Of a DNA stretch of 64,000 nucleotides, positions 1-11,756 are shown in pieces. A program made the position numbers and the translations under genes. Origin of the DNA: Neophaeotheca triangularis (Eukaryota); NCBI GenBank assembly GCA_054600435.1, contig BAAIJX010000018.1, positions 62,001 to 126,000 of the forward strand. The letters are read 5' to 3'. Each line of letters opens with the position of its first letter. Position 1 is the stretch's first letter. A model generated the notes under the pieces. The model saw nothing but the letters and a program-made list of their open reading frames with translations, was not told where the DNA came from and made no database searches.

Positions 1-341
1 ATATGTCCTCCTTGCTTATCTACCGCCGCCATTGATAAGGACCCACAACAGCTCTATCAACATAACACTACCACGACACTCCACTACTATCTGGATGTGA
101 CAACTTGGAAGTTGATAACTCGTAGCCAGCAAACACTACCTCTGTCTAGATATCGAGCTCCTCAGATTCGGTAGCTTCCACACCGTATTAGTACTGGCTT
201 TGTTTCCATAACATTCAACAGACCTGCTTTCTCATCAACTCGTCTCTCTATCTTTCACTTTAGGACCTCGCATACCTCTCTCTCCTTGCTCGAGTCTACG
301 CCGCAGGACACGACTGATATCAACTGCCTCCGATCGAAGCA

Positions 342-2183
342 ATGGCGGATGGCAATATCTCGGGGGCTGACACAACCGCCATGCTGCGAGAAATCCTGTC
401 TTCGGTTCGGTCCCTCAAACAAGATCAAGCACAGCTAGCTTCCGCAGTAGACGCCATCAACGGCAGAGTCAACGTTTTGGCCGGAGTCAAAACGACACAA
501 GATGGGTTGGCTCACGCCGCCTCGCTACCAAAAGAATCCCCATCGCAGCAGGTTGCCACTGTAACGAGCCCACCTGATTCCAGCGATGTCAACGGACACG
601 CTACTTCGACATCGCCTCCCCCTGCGAGACGTTCCAGTACCGCCACCTCTAAGATCATCTTGACGACCCACCCTGGCCAAGCAGGCGTAGATCCAGTGCA
701 TCTGAACTGGGGTGCCAAAGATCCAGCAGTCCGCGGTCCAGGTAAACGAACAATTACTGCCGGTTCGGGCAACTGAGCGCAGCTAACTCTGCTGTCACCA
801 GTCGTCGTCGGACGCAACCCCGGAACATTCCGACGTCGAAATGCTGTAGGTGCTCATGGCGGGTCTTATAGTACCTACTACGCCCTTGCAGTTGCTTCGA
901 AGCAGCTCGACACTGACCACAAGCCCGACTTCACCAACACTGAGCCTGCTGCAACGATTGGCCCTTTCGCGGCATGGTCGGATCCCAAGAAGATAGTTGC
1001 CATGGATCCTTTGGGCCACTTAGCGCCGTGGTTGTTCAAAGACTATATCGACAAGGAAAACATCGAAATCAGGCCGACAAGTCAGTAACTTCTACTCCCG
1101 TGTACGTAGTGCAGCTAGTGCTCACACATAGCAGTTGCGGTTACTCGTGCCCATATGAAGCTTCCGGAGCTACAAGAATCTGTTCGACAAGGACGACTAA
1201 AGCCTGACGGCAAGATATGCATCAACGAAACAGGCGAGTTAGCAGTCACCAAGTTTGCAGTGGAACCTGTCTGGTATCTTCCGGGCGTGGCAGAACGGTT
1301 CGGCATTGACGAGGCCACGCTCCGACGCTCGCTGTTCGAGAACACAGGTGGAAGCTATCCTGAGCTCATCACAAGGTTCGGCTTTACTACGATTCTCAAC
1401 CCGGTCTACAGAAGTGCTGATGTTGTTGAACCCAAGGAACGACATCAAGACTTTCCTACCGCCTATAGGTTCGGCTCCAACCATAACCCCTTTGATTGAT
1501 CCAAGACAGTGCTGACATTTTGCAGGAGGGCTTACTGTTTACTGCTTCGGAGATCCGGCCAAGATGAGTGACCCAAACGTCAAGCTCGCCTTGCGAGTTC
1601 ACGACGAATGCAACGGCTCGGATGTGTTTGGTAGCGACATTTGCACGTGTCGCCCCTACCTGATCTTTGGTGTTGAAGAAGCCGTCAAAGAAGCTCAGGC
1701 GGGCGGTTCAGGCGTCGTCATATACTTCCGGAAAGAAGGGCGTGCCCTCGGGGAGGTGACAAAGTACCTTGTCTACAACGCTCGAAAACGTGGCTCCGAC
1801 AAAGCATCCGAGTACTTCTTGAGAACGGAGAACATTGCTGGTGTCAAAGACATGCGCTTCCAGGCGCTTATGCCGGATATCCTACACTGGCTCGGCATCA
1901 CCAAGATCGACCGAATGTTGAGTATGAGTAACATGAAGCATGACGCAATTGTTGAGCAGGGTATTCCGATTCGCGAGAGAGTGCCGATTCCAGATGAGAT
2001 GATCCCAGAGGATTCGAGGGTTGAGATTGATGCCAAGATTCATGCGGGCTATTTCACGACCGGAAACGTCATGACTATGGAGGAGCTTGGGAATGTCCAC
2101 GGACGAGCATGGGAAGATGTCGATGTGAGTGCCATTGGTTAGGAAATCTATGTGGAATCAGACTAACGGTGTGACAGCATTAA
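342..2183 (+). CDS. urg1: Urg1-like GTP cyclohydrolase II family protein (uracil-regulated protein 1 type), 6 exons
   Basis: Introns 742-801, 1081-1134, 1376-1436, 1469-1525 and 2125-2177 join the ORF pieces in frame. Motifs RRRNAVGAHGGSY and RVHDECNGSDVFGSDICTCRPYL, IYFRKEGRALGEVTKYLVYNAR (GCH II zinc-binding region). Ends WEDVDH*. Confidence 0.9.
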
Positions 2184-3018
2184 TGAACATATGAGGTTGA
2201 TGGGAAGGCGTAAGTCGGTCACAGGTGATACTTGACAATAGCAACACGGTTGACGTGGTTCTTGATGCTGTGCTTGAGCTCTTCCGGTCAAATGCTGGCT
2301 TGCACGGAGAATCTATCAATTTAACATCCAGTCTACTGCCTCACCTCCACGCCCGAAATGTTACCGAAAATGGAGGAAGAGATAATAGGTTCGAAAACCC
2401 ATGTCTCCGGTTCTCGAATCCATGCCTGCGTGTCTTACCATGTGCTCTCTTCTTACGTAGCACTATCGTATCTTGAGCAGTCATAGTTGCCTCTCTCCGA
2501 GCCTACCGCTCTATTGCATCGCCGAGATCGTCCCTCGCTCGGCATCACCATTGAGTTCCTATTCGAGAATCCATCGAGATCATTCCGTGACGTGAAATCT
2601 TTCCGATCTATGCTGCAACTGCCGTCCGCGTGCCTATCGTTTTCAGTCTGGCAGAACACAAACCCTTACCCTAGACTTACCCTTTAGCACTCCAGGCGAG
2701 CTACCGCTCATCTATTTTCGCCAGACGCAACGATACCTAGTCCGTCTGTATCATAAGGACAACGGTAGATGCACTGCGACTGAAGCAGTCACGTTCAAAG
2801 CAATCAATTGATGCAGAGCTTGAAATATTATTGCGAAGGCACACTGCCATGCAAGTCTCACCGCTCGTATCGAGTACCGAGGTCTTTGTCGGTAGGAGGT
2901 TCAACAACTTTCCCTCATCAATGCCTACCTACCTAGCTGTCCCGCACTTCTACGACACAAGGGGCAGACTCTGAACTAAGATAGATTGACACGGATTCAA
3001 CTACGAGTGAAAACAACA

Positions 3019-3642
3019 ATGGCTCCCCAGGATAGCAAAGCAACGTTTCAGCGGATACCTTGGACCGCCGCTCTGATCAATCGTCCAGATACCATATGCC
3101 GTGTGCCAGGATCCAGAGAGCCAAAGTCGACATTCGAAGACTCTCTCTTCGCCGAAACCCTCAAGACGAATCGAACCGTCCGATCATGCCTCAGCTTCTA
3201 CCAACGACCGAGTGCAGAAGCAACGCATGTAGAAGAGGTCTCGACTATGATGACGACAGGCACGGGCATGGATGGCCACCCTGGCATCATGCACGGCGGA
3301 ATAGTAGCCAGCGTCATCGACGAGGCAATGGGAGTGCTGCTGAACGTCAACCACGAGCGAGACCATCTGGTGGCCGTTGAGAAGGGACTGGCTGAAGGGG
3401 AGATTCCTTCTTCTGGATTCCCCAGCTTCACCGCGGAACTCAAGGTCAAATACTTGAAGCCTGTCAAGACACCAGCACCTCTCATAGCTATTGCCAAGTA
3501 CGAGAAGAGAGAAGGTCGTAAGATGTGGATAACGGCTGAGGTGAGGCAAAGGATTGGGCAAGCTGAGGACTATGACGGGGACGATGTGCTGTGTGCCACT
3601 GGCGAGGCATTGTTTGTTGAGCCAAAGGCAAGCAGACTGTGA
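3019..3642 (+). CDS. Hotdog-fold acyl-CoA thioesterase (PaaI/4HBT-like)
   Basis: Single-exon ORF from ATG 3019 (ACAATG context) with GHPGIMHGGIVASVIDEAMG and FTAELKVKYLKPV motifs. Confidence 0.85.
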   Translation: MAPQDSKATFQRIPWTAALINRPDTICRVPGSREPKSTFEDSLFAETLKTNRTVRSCLSFYQRPSAEATHVEEVSTMMTTGTGMDGHPGIMHGGIVASVIDEAMGVLLNVNHERDHLVAVEKGLAEGEIPSSGFPSFTAELKVKYLKPVKTPAPLIAIAKYEKREGRKMWITAEVRQRIGQAEDYDGDDVLCATGEALFVEPKASRL

Positions 3643-3809
3643 GGAAGCACCGAAGACACAAGAATACGATGATGCTGGTCTGCCTTTTGGGGGAACGGCT
3701 GTCAAATTCGAATAGCGAAGCGAGCTGGGATGTGGCCGGGCCTCGGAAGGACCGTCACAACCGCCGTTTTGCCCAAAGTGCGCTACCGACAGGAGAAATG
3801 GCTTAAATG

Positions 3810-5579
3810 TCACGCAATGTCTTCGCAGACTCTCTCAGCGATTGCTAGCACTTTCTCCTCTTCTAGTCTTCGGCAAACAAGCTGAAGGCTGACCGGAAGA
3901 CCGTGGGCGGCAACAGGGTCATCTGCACCCGAGGAGGTCAGCAGTAAGTCGCAGAAGACACATAGAAAGGAACTTACAGGACGCTTGAACCTGGGCATCG
4001 ACCTCAGAGAAAGGCTCTCTGCTGTCAGCAGTGTCGGTAGCGCTGTCAACACTGACGCCAGAACGGAAGGACACGGCACTGTAATCAAGAACATTGTATA
4101 CGCCCGTGTACCTGGGCAATCGTTTCAGCGTCTCCGTGTCTCCGCGTTCATAGGCCATACGGTTACTGTGAAGCTTACCCAACGTAGTTGAACTTGCCGT
4201 TTTGAACTGTTGCCCAAGGAGTGGTGGGACCTAAGGAGACGTTAACTCGTGCCCTCCCTACAAGCGCAGCCGTAGGGTAACATACACAGTATCGCGTCCA
4301 GGCCTTTACATGCCGCCCATCGATCAAGATATCGCTTGGCAAGGGTTGTACGCTTCTTTTGCAGCTGCCAAAGATCGTAAACGCCGAGCTCTGTGGCTTC
4401 TTCATAGGCTTTCATCTCGGGTCGCCACGTTTCATCGGCGGACTCGACGATCTTACGGATACTTTTCCCTCCATCAGCGGTAAAGAATCTGGCGAGCAAA
4501 TCGACCAACTCGGCATGATCTTCGTTGCTCCACTCAACAATCTCGTAACCCTTGCTCCGCAGAGTTTCCACGGTACTTCGCAAAGCACGTCTCACAGGCG
4601 GCGTCGGCATTACGAGGCCATCATTCCACATGACAGCAAGCTTCAGCGTGGACTTTAGCGCCACATCTCGCCATGGGATGGGCATGCATTTGGGGTCTTT
4701 CAACCATGGCGAGGCGCCGACGACGCTCGTGATCCAGAGCTTGGCATCCTTTAGGCTCCTGGCCATTGGTCCATGGATCGCCCCGACGGCCTCCTGACCT
4801 GCCATACCTGATCTTGCATCGAAATGTGGGAACCTGCCAAACGATGGCTTCAGGGTGTATATCCCAGTTGAAGCGGCTGGGATGCGCAGACTTCCTCCTA
4901 TATCCGTCCCAATGCCTAACGGGCTGCCTCGCATAGCTATCAACGCCGACTCGCCACCGGAAGAGCCTCCCGAGGTCATGGACCGGTTTTGCGGATTTAC
5001 AGTGCGACCATAAACATTGTTGACGGTCTCTGCGATCATCATTGCTGTGGGCACATTGGTTTTGACGTACTGCACCGCCCCAAGGTCTCTCAGAATACCA
5101 ACAATAGTGCTCTCTTCGCCCATTGGCTCGGTGGCCCATGCCGCGAACCCGACCGATGAGACCTTTCCTTTAAGACTAAAATTGTCCTTGAGAGATACCG
5201 GTAGGCCATGAAGAGGACCTTTGACCTTTCCATTCTTGGCGTAGTACTCGTCCAAGGCTTTGGCTTGCTCAATGGCCTCGTCAAAGAAGACTACAGTCAG
5301 GCAATTTACCAGCTGGTGGGCGATGGCAGCCCTCTTGCAAAACGCCCTCGTGACATCCTCTGCCTTCCACTCGCCACTTGCTATTTTCTGCACAATGTCA
5401 ACGGCGAAGCTGTCGGTGATGTCTAGTTCGAGTTCCGAGAGCAGACCGCATTGTGACGGAAAGCCTGTCACATCGAGCTGGGAATCTGGTGGGAGCTTAT
5501 CGGGGGTCAAACGCCATTGCTCAGGTATGGCATCCAGCACTGCCTGTTTCGCTTTGGCTGAGATGTCTTGCCAAGTCAT
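3810..5579 (-). CDS. Amidase signature family enzyme (acetamidase/general amidase), 4 exons
   Basis: GPLHGLPVSLKD, GGSSGGE and GTDIGGSLRIPA (Ser-cisSer-Lys triad). Introns 4285-4231, 4178-4112 and 3977-3923 restore the frame through YTGVYNVLDY and HGLPVSLQLV to the stop at 3810. Confidence 0.92.
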
Positions 5580-6205
5580 GTCGTCGGCGTGGGTTAGGGA
5601 ATACGGTTAGAGGGGATGTATGATAGGAAGAGCAATTGTTCCCATGATCGATATCAAAATAACGACCCCGTTGATAGGATTCCTGCCGAGGTAGTGGTAT
5701 GCGAGCCAAGAACGAGCTCCATTTGAACAGCAGCAGAAGGCATTAGCCAGAGTAGGAAGGCTGGATAAGCCGGCCGTATTTCCCTCTTAGCGGCACCTCC
5801 TAGCAATACCTCTTACCAGTAAGTTAGCTACCTAGGTAGTAGCTCACAAGTGTGAGCATTGCGCTCTTTTACCAACCCGGACGACTCTAGCCGCTGCTGC
5901 CGAGATGTTGTTATTGCAAGTACTAGGAGGTAGTTAACTTATTAGCTACCTCCTACATACAGTATCGGTATGTAGTGGTCCCGACCCCGCCACGGCTCAC
6001 CATGCACGTGCTGCCGCTGGGGTAAATGTCATCTTGTCCGTCATGTGAGCGATGAATACCTAAGTTAAGGTAACTTCCGATCTCTATTTTCCATCGGCCT
6101 TCGCTCGTCCTTTGACCTTCCCGCGCCAACACAACTCCATCACAGCAACATCAACATAGGCCATACAAGCAGTTCGGTTTGCATACCAATACCGACATCG
6201 TCACC

Positions 6206-6967
6206 ATGAAGATCATCCTCGTAGGCGCCACCGGCTTCATCGGCTCCGAGATATTGGAGCAGCTGATTGCCAACCCTTACATCTCTGACATATTTTGCCT
6301 CCTTCGCCATACACTCGCACCGCACTTCCGCAAGTCGCCAAAGGTTCACATGGTCCTGCACGACAATCTCGAAGAGTATCCGATCCACATCATCCAGAAG
6401 CTCAAGAACGGCGGCGCAGAAGGTTGCATCTGGGCGGCGGGCGGACAGGTCCACAAATTCAAGACATTGGAAGAAGCGCGCCAGGTCAACATCAACTACC
6501 CTTTGCAAGCGGCAGAGGCTTTCTCTAAAGAACTCGCTACCGAGCTGGATCCTAACCCCGCGCCGAACACGACCAAATTTCCCTTCCGGTTTGTGTTCAT
6601 CAGCGAGACCAGGGCCGAGCAAGACTCCAACAAAGCGCTGTGGTTCTACGCCGATAGCCGAAAGATCAAGGGTGCTGCCGAGAAGGGACTCTTCGATATT
6701 GCGAACCAGTCGAAAGAGGTGGAGGTTTCCGAAGGGAACTACAAGCGCTGTTTCGATGTGATAGCTTTGCGGCCCGGTGCTGTGATTCCAAAGGGAGAAG
6801 CATTGTCCAAGTACTTTGCCGAAGCGACAAGTACCTCTTGTGCCGTGGATCGCGTTGCGAAGTTGGCGATTCGCAGCGCCATGCAAGGTGCGGGCGAGAA
6901 GAAGATACTGGAGAACGCGGACATCCTTGGGAAAGAATGGATGCAGATCAACTCTTTGAACATATGA
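6206..6967 (+). CDS. NAD(P)-binding Rossmann-fold protein (atypical SDR/epimerase-like)
   Basis: ATG 6206 gives MKIILVGATGFIGSEIL (GxxGxxG), followed by PFRFVFIS, KIKGAAE and ALRPGAV. Confidence 0.85.
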   Translation: MKIILVGATGFIGSEILEQLIANPYISDIFCLLRHTLAPHFRKSPKVHMVLHDNLEEYPIHIIQKLKNGGAEGCIWAAGGQVHKFKTLEEARQVNINYPLQAAEAFSKELATELDPNPAPNTTKFPFRFVFISETRAEQDSNKALWFYADSRKIKGAAEKGLFDIANQSKEVEVSEGNYKRCFDVIALRPGAVIPKGEALSKYFAEATSTSCAVDRVAKLAIRSAMQGAGEKKILENADILGKEWMQINSLNI

Positions 6968-7012
6968 GGAGGCATCAAGACCGTTTGCAAGCTTCGCACC
7001 AGACTATCCCCG

Positions 7013-7531
7013 CTACGGCTCCCGAGTCTTTATTGCCTTTTGCCTCCTGGTACCTGCGAACGCACTAAATTTGTGTGGCACTTGGATCCCTTACCATTCT
7101 TGGTGAGCCGTCATACGCTTCGAGCATCGATCCGTCGCCTTCTCTATCGACTCCGCTTGAATGGGCAGTGCCATATCGTCGTCCGGACCGAATCCCAGCG
7201 AACGCCGGGAGAACTCCGCCCTCCGCCGGATATTCTCCTCCCACTGTGCTGCCTTTCGGCCGTTGGATGCCTTCCTATTACCAAGAGAGTCTGCGACAAG
7301 TCTACTTCCTGGCAGAAGGTGGCAGGGAAGGAGTCCATTGTATGAGACTTCGGAAGATTTTATAGACAAGCGAAATATCGAACCTTGGCGTTGTGTTAGA
7401 TGCCACGTTTTGCAAGTATCGTAAAAGTCTCGAAGATGTCGTTGCGCGTCTGCAAGAGAAGGGGGATGGAGGGAGGGACTGATGGGCCTCGAAAAGAGCA
7501 TAGTCAACGTAGAGCCAACATAGTCCGCCAT
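7013..7531 (-). CDS. Possible hypothetical protein
   Basis: 146-codon ORF ending at a GTAAGG donor (7094). An AG at 7054 gives a short in-frame last exon (WYQEAKGNKTREP*). The intron would be only 41 nt with no clear branch site, and no family is recognised. Confidence 0.25.
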
Positions 7532-7751
7532 CCGACTTTACCGATCGAATCGAGACATTGTACCATCGTTGAAGTGCTTTAAGACACAGGATCGCTACCG
7601 TTGCTATCGTACTGTCCAGGAAGCAGTCTCTTTTCCATATCCCAGCTTCAGCCCCACCCTCATCGAAAGATTGCTCTAAACCGTAGTCCTCACCCATGAG
7701 GTTGCGCCTCAGCGGACATACCAGAGACTCGGATATGCTCTTTGCGACCAC

Positions 7752-8554
7752 TCAAAATCCAGGCTCCCAGTCGCTCACGTCGCTGTCGTCACTGATAGAC
7801 CCCGAAGCCCTCATGGAACGCTTCCCCTTCCCACGGACAGTCTTATCAGCGGCCGAAATGTTGGCGGACAAGAACGGGTTGTTGTTCAGTCCCAGCTCGC
7901 GACCGTTCAGGCGAGCAGTGAAGTCCATGGGGCCAGCGATACCGAAGGAGTCTGTGGCACCATCGATGCGAAGACCGAAATCCTCGCAGGCTCCATTGGT
8001 ACCCTGGCTGACCACAGGCTCGTCGAAGTCCTCGTCGTCCTCGCTGTCTGCGCCGTCCTTGTAGATCTTGCCGGCCGGCTTGCTGGAGCGGGCGAGAGAG
8101 CGACGAGGGCCTACGCTTTCAAGCTTGATCGAATTGGCATCCACGTCTATCTCGGACTCCTCGTCGTCGTCTTCGTTACGGCTGGGGCGCTTGGTTTTGC
8201 TTGGGGTGGCGGCCTTGAAGCGCTTCTCGCTGGTAGGTGCTGTGGATGGAAGAGCGCGCTTGCGAGAGGCAGGAGTCGCCTTCGAAGGTGTGGCTCCCTT
8301 GCCTGCACCACCAGCTTGGCTGCGCAGCTTGCCGATGTGCTCGGTGATGGCACGCGCTGTGGGCAGATCCCCGCCGTCGGTTCCTGAAGACTTCGTGAGC
8401 TTCATTGAAACGCTTGCAAGAATGAATCCGCAGGTCTTCATTTACCGTACTTCTCCGCCCATTTGCGCGCCAGTTCATCTTTGTCGTAGGAGACGCTGTC
8501 GATGATGAGGAGTAGAAGACGCTGGTCGTTGGCGGCGTCCCATTTCACAGGCAT
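7752..8554 (-). CDS. Small Myb/SANT-like domain protein A (~246 aa), basic then acidic low-complexity tail
   Basis: Exon 1 (8554-8446) MPVKWDAANDQRLLLLIIDSVSYDKDELARKWAEKY. Intron 8445-8384 (GTAAAT...CTCAC...CAG). Exon 2 continues in the 7752 ORF with PTARAITEHIGKLR. Confidence 0.8.
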
Positions 8555-9525
8555 GTTGACTCTGGTTGGAGTGCTTCACTTGTTGATCAGCTTCTGGTAT
8601 TGAGTATATGAAGAGGCTTGGATCTTAACTAACGTGCAATAGCGAAGTGACGTGTTTGGTTGACGTCGAGCGAAGGAGAATAGCAAGTTCCCTGAAGGCG
8701 AACACTTGCTGGATCGTCTTACTTCTCCAAGTCGCTCTGAGAGGAGGAAGGCAGGTTGTTGGGCCCGAAAGCGCAAGTGAAGTAGAAGACGCGGGATCGA
8801 ACCACGTGGACGTCTGCAGAAACGCCCGGCTGGGCGTCATAATCTCCATGGAAACCAAAGGGGCTACTGTATATGATAACACTCGACACCAGGAGAGTTG
8901 CATCCGTGGTACTATCATATCACTGTAACTCCAAGTTGCTCACATGCATGCACTCGACACCTGCAGGACCACTGGGACGTGACTCACGCGATACATCAAA
9001 AGTGCTTGCAGCTGCTTCTGCTGTGTCACCGGCACCTCGAGCCGGCTGCATGTTCCCTGGCCAACCTTGTATCAACGTCACTGGCGCTATCCTATCTATG
9101 CATCTTTGGCGAATCGAGAGCCTGGTCCGTCTCGCAAGGAGGAGAGCAATCAAGGCTTTCAGACCTTACCTGCAACGCTAAGGTCCACCACGGTGGAAGC
9201 AAGCAGCGCATCGTGAGCAGACGGCTTTCGTATAGCTGCCGTGCAGTATCTAGCATCCACTGTTCCGAAGAAGAACGTTAGGATGAACTCTTAGACTATA
9301 GGCGACTGTGTCGATGCATTTGCGACAACATATCGTTCCCGGTCAAGGTCTGCGCAAAGATGCCATAAAGGAGTCAATACTTTCAAGCCATTGCTTGCTT
9401 CAATACCTACAATGATACACGAGAAAGACGCCGTTGTCATCAGACCTGCCCATCATGAGACTGTCATCGCTACCGTAGTCCTTTGATATCCTCCGCAGGA
9501 GCCAGAGCCAGACCACGCAGCCCCT

Positions 9526-10127
9526 TCAACCGTAAGCGGGCCAGGTGTTGTCCCCCATGCCCTCTTCACTTTCCATACCCAAGCTGTTCAGGCTCCCCGT
9601 GACACTGCCAACCCCGAAGTCGAGCGATGGAATACCGTGGGCGAAGGCATTGACATCCTCGAACTCGGCAGCCTCCTTCTTGATAGCGCTGCCTTTCTTC
9701 GCAGAAGCCTTTGCGACTCTTCCGTTGGCGACGGCTGGAGAGGTAAATGGTCAGCTGGTCACTAGACTGTGTGTATCGCGGGGGAAACGGCACTTACACG
9801 CGAGAGGATCCTTCTTCGGCGTCTTTGGCTTCCTTGGGGTGGAAGGGGCGGATTTTTTCCTGATAGGGGAGATTTCACCGCGCTGGCCAGAGTCCACCTC
9901 CTCCTTGAGCTCCTCGCCCAGCTTCTTGATGCCGCGGAACTTGTTCTCGAGGGTGTTGTAGGTGGTTCCGTAGTATTGGGCAACCAATTTGAGGTTGGGC
10001 TGCGACGTGACTTAGTGGGTGATAAAAGCCATGGGTACTCAGAAGGGGAACTCACTTTGGCGCCGGATGCGTAGATGGCGGCGATCAGGCGTTGCCAGGT
10101 TTCCGTGGCTTCCCAATCCATAGGCAT
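9526..10127 (-). CDS. Small Myb/SANT-like domain protein B (~160 aa), 3 exons
   Basis: MPMDWEATETWQRLIAAIYASGAK | PNLKLVAQYYGTTYNTLENKFRGIKK...TPRKPKTPKK | SVANGRVAK...AYG*. Introns 10055-10000 (GTGAGT...CTAAG...CAG) and 9797-9735 (GTAAGT...CTGAC...CAG) keep the frame. Confidence 0.8.
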
Positions 10128-10947
10128 GTTGATCTCGAGATTGTTCGTAGGAGGGTTTGGTCGAAGTTTTTAGTGTGGTATGTCGAGGTTTTAGTAGATG
10201 AGTTTGCCTGTGTTGTTGTCGGATGGAAGCCGGTATTGATGAGTGAAGGGTTGGGGGAGGAGAGGGATATGTCTGGAAAAGATGCCGAGAATGTTTATTC
10301 GATACAGAGGCTGAGAGTGTCAAGTGAGAAGGTTGGGTTGGTGCCTGTTGCTATGCTACGCAGCATAGTGTCGAGCGCTTCGAGCTGGTACGTTGCAGGC
10401 CGTCAAAAATCTGTAGAAACCACCTCTCCGTCACCAATACATGCACGCGTTACGATACAGACCACAAGCGCAACAACGAAGGGAACTCAAGACCTCTCTA
10501 CAGTCGGGTCTCTCCTCTCATTGGCTTCCACTCGATCCAATGCTACGGGTGAAAACAAACGGCGAATGCCCCTCTTGAGCGCTGGACCGTGACAGGTCGA
10601 CACGCGTCCGATGCAAGCGCTCTACGCGAGCGCTCAGAGTCATACTCTCTTGTTGCACAATGCACGCCGAGTAGGCGACGAAGCGCAGTCAAAGTGATAT
10701 ATCGAATGTCGTCCCTTGGGATCTGCAGCTGCCAGGGCCTCATGCATAGAGCTAAACCCGATTGGGATGGGAGATCATATAGCAGGAACGGTTTCACTTG
10801 ACAATACTTCTCACGACTGGTGTACCTAGATACTAGTTGGTGGTGCTGTTGGCCCGGAGAAGGCAGTTTGAAGAATGCTACCCTGTTGTCTCCCCAGCTA
10901 TGCTGCGTTGTCGGCTGCGGTGAACCTGCGTCCCGACAAGCATCCCC

Positions 10948-11399
10948 TTAGTCCTGCTCGCCATCCTCACCCTCCTCCTTGACATCCTTGATCGGGGCAG
11001 CGGCAGCGCTCTTGCTGGGGCTCTCCTCCACGTCGTCCATGTCGGCTTCCTCGACCTTGCGTTTCTTCGCTGCCGGCTTCTTGGTGGTGGATTTGGGAGT
11101 CTTGGCCTTGCTCTTGGTGGGAGACTTGTTTGGGGTGTCTCCGCCTGCAGCAGTGCCGGCATCGCCATACTGAGCCTTGACCTCCTTCTGCAACTTTTGG
11201 AAATGCTGACTGTGAAGCATGTCAGCGGTTGATAGCTAGTGAAGTGGATGAGCGATGCTTACCGAACGGATTCCTTTGTGTAGGCATCTCCCATCATGGT
11301 GGCCACAGTGCTCCAGTCAGGGCGAGGCGCATCCGTGAGGTGGATGATGGCCATGAGGAGCTGGCGGTCTTTCTCGTCGTTCCACTTTTCGCCGGCCAT
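10948..11399 (-). CDS. Small Myb/SANT-like domain protein C (~132 aa)
   Basis: Exon 1 (11399-11263) MAGEKWNDEKDRQLLMAIIHLTDAPRPDWSTVATMMGDAYTKESVR. Intron 11262-11210 (GTAAGC...CTGAC...CAG). Exon 2 QHFQKLQKE...AKKRK...EQD*. Confidence 0.85.
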
Positions 11400-11756
11400 G
11401 TTGGATGTTAACCTTTTTCGTGTAGAAGGGTTCGGTCCGAGTGTGAAGTTGATCGGTTGTGTGGTTTTTGTAGGATTGGTAGGATCGAGTTATCGCCGGA
11501 GTAAAGCAGACTTTAATCAGCAAACATGTGAGACAACAAGTCAGAAAGGGTTGAGCAAGTGTAAAGCAGGCATTGATTGAGTTTACTCACTTCGCACACC
11601 TAGCCATTACGACACATTGAAGCTTGGACGTGCTCCCAAAACGCATGCGACATCTTGGCAGTGGTTGTCAGGGAGGCAATGCTGCATGCAGTCGCATCTA
11701 GTGCGCCCACTGTTGGCATTCGCCTTCTGGTAACAGCCAGCCCTCACTATGCGGTC

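Noticed and set aside
2388..2430. GGTTCGAA T-loop-like word with a short imperfect ~21-nt duplication
   Set aside because: No cloverleaf or A-box could be built, so not a tRNA. Two copies are too few for an array.
6140..6886. 248-aa minus-strand ORF
   Set aside because: Antisense shadow of the NAD(P)-binding gene. The same applies to 28937-29965, 22585-23391, 39635-40285 and 3184-3813.
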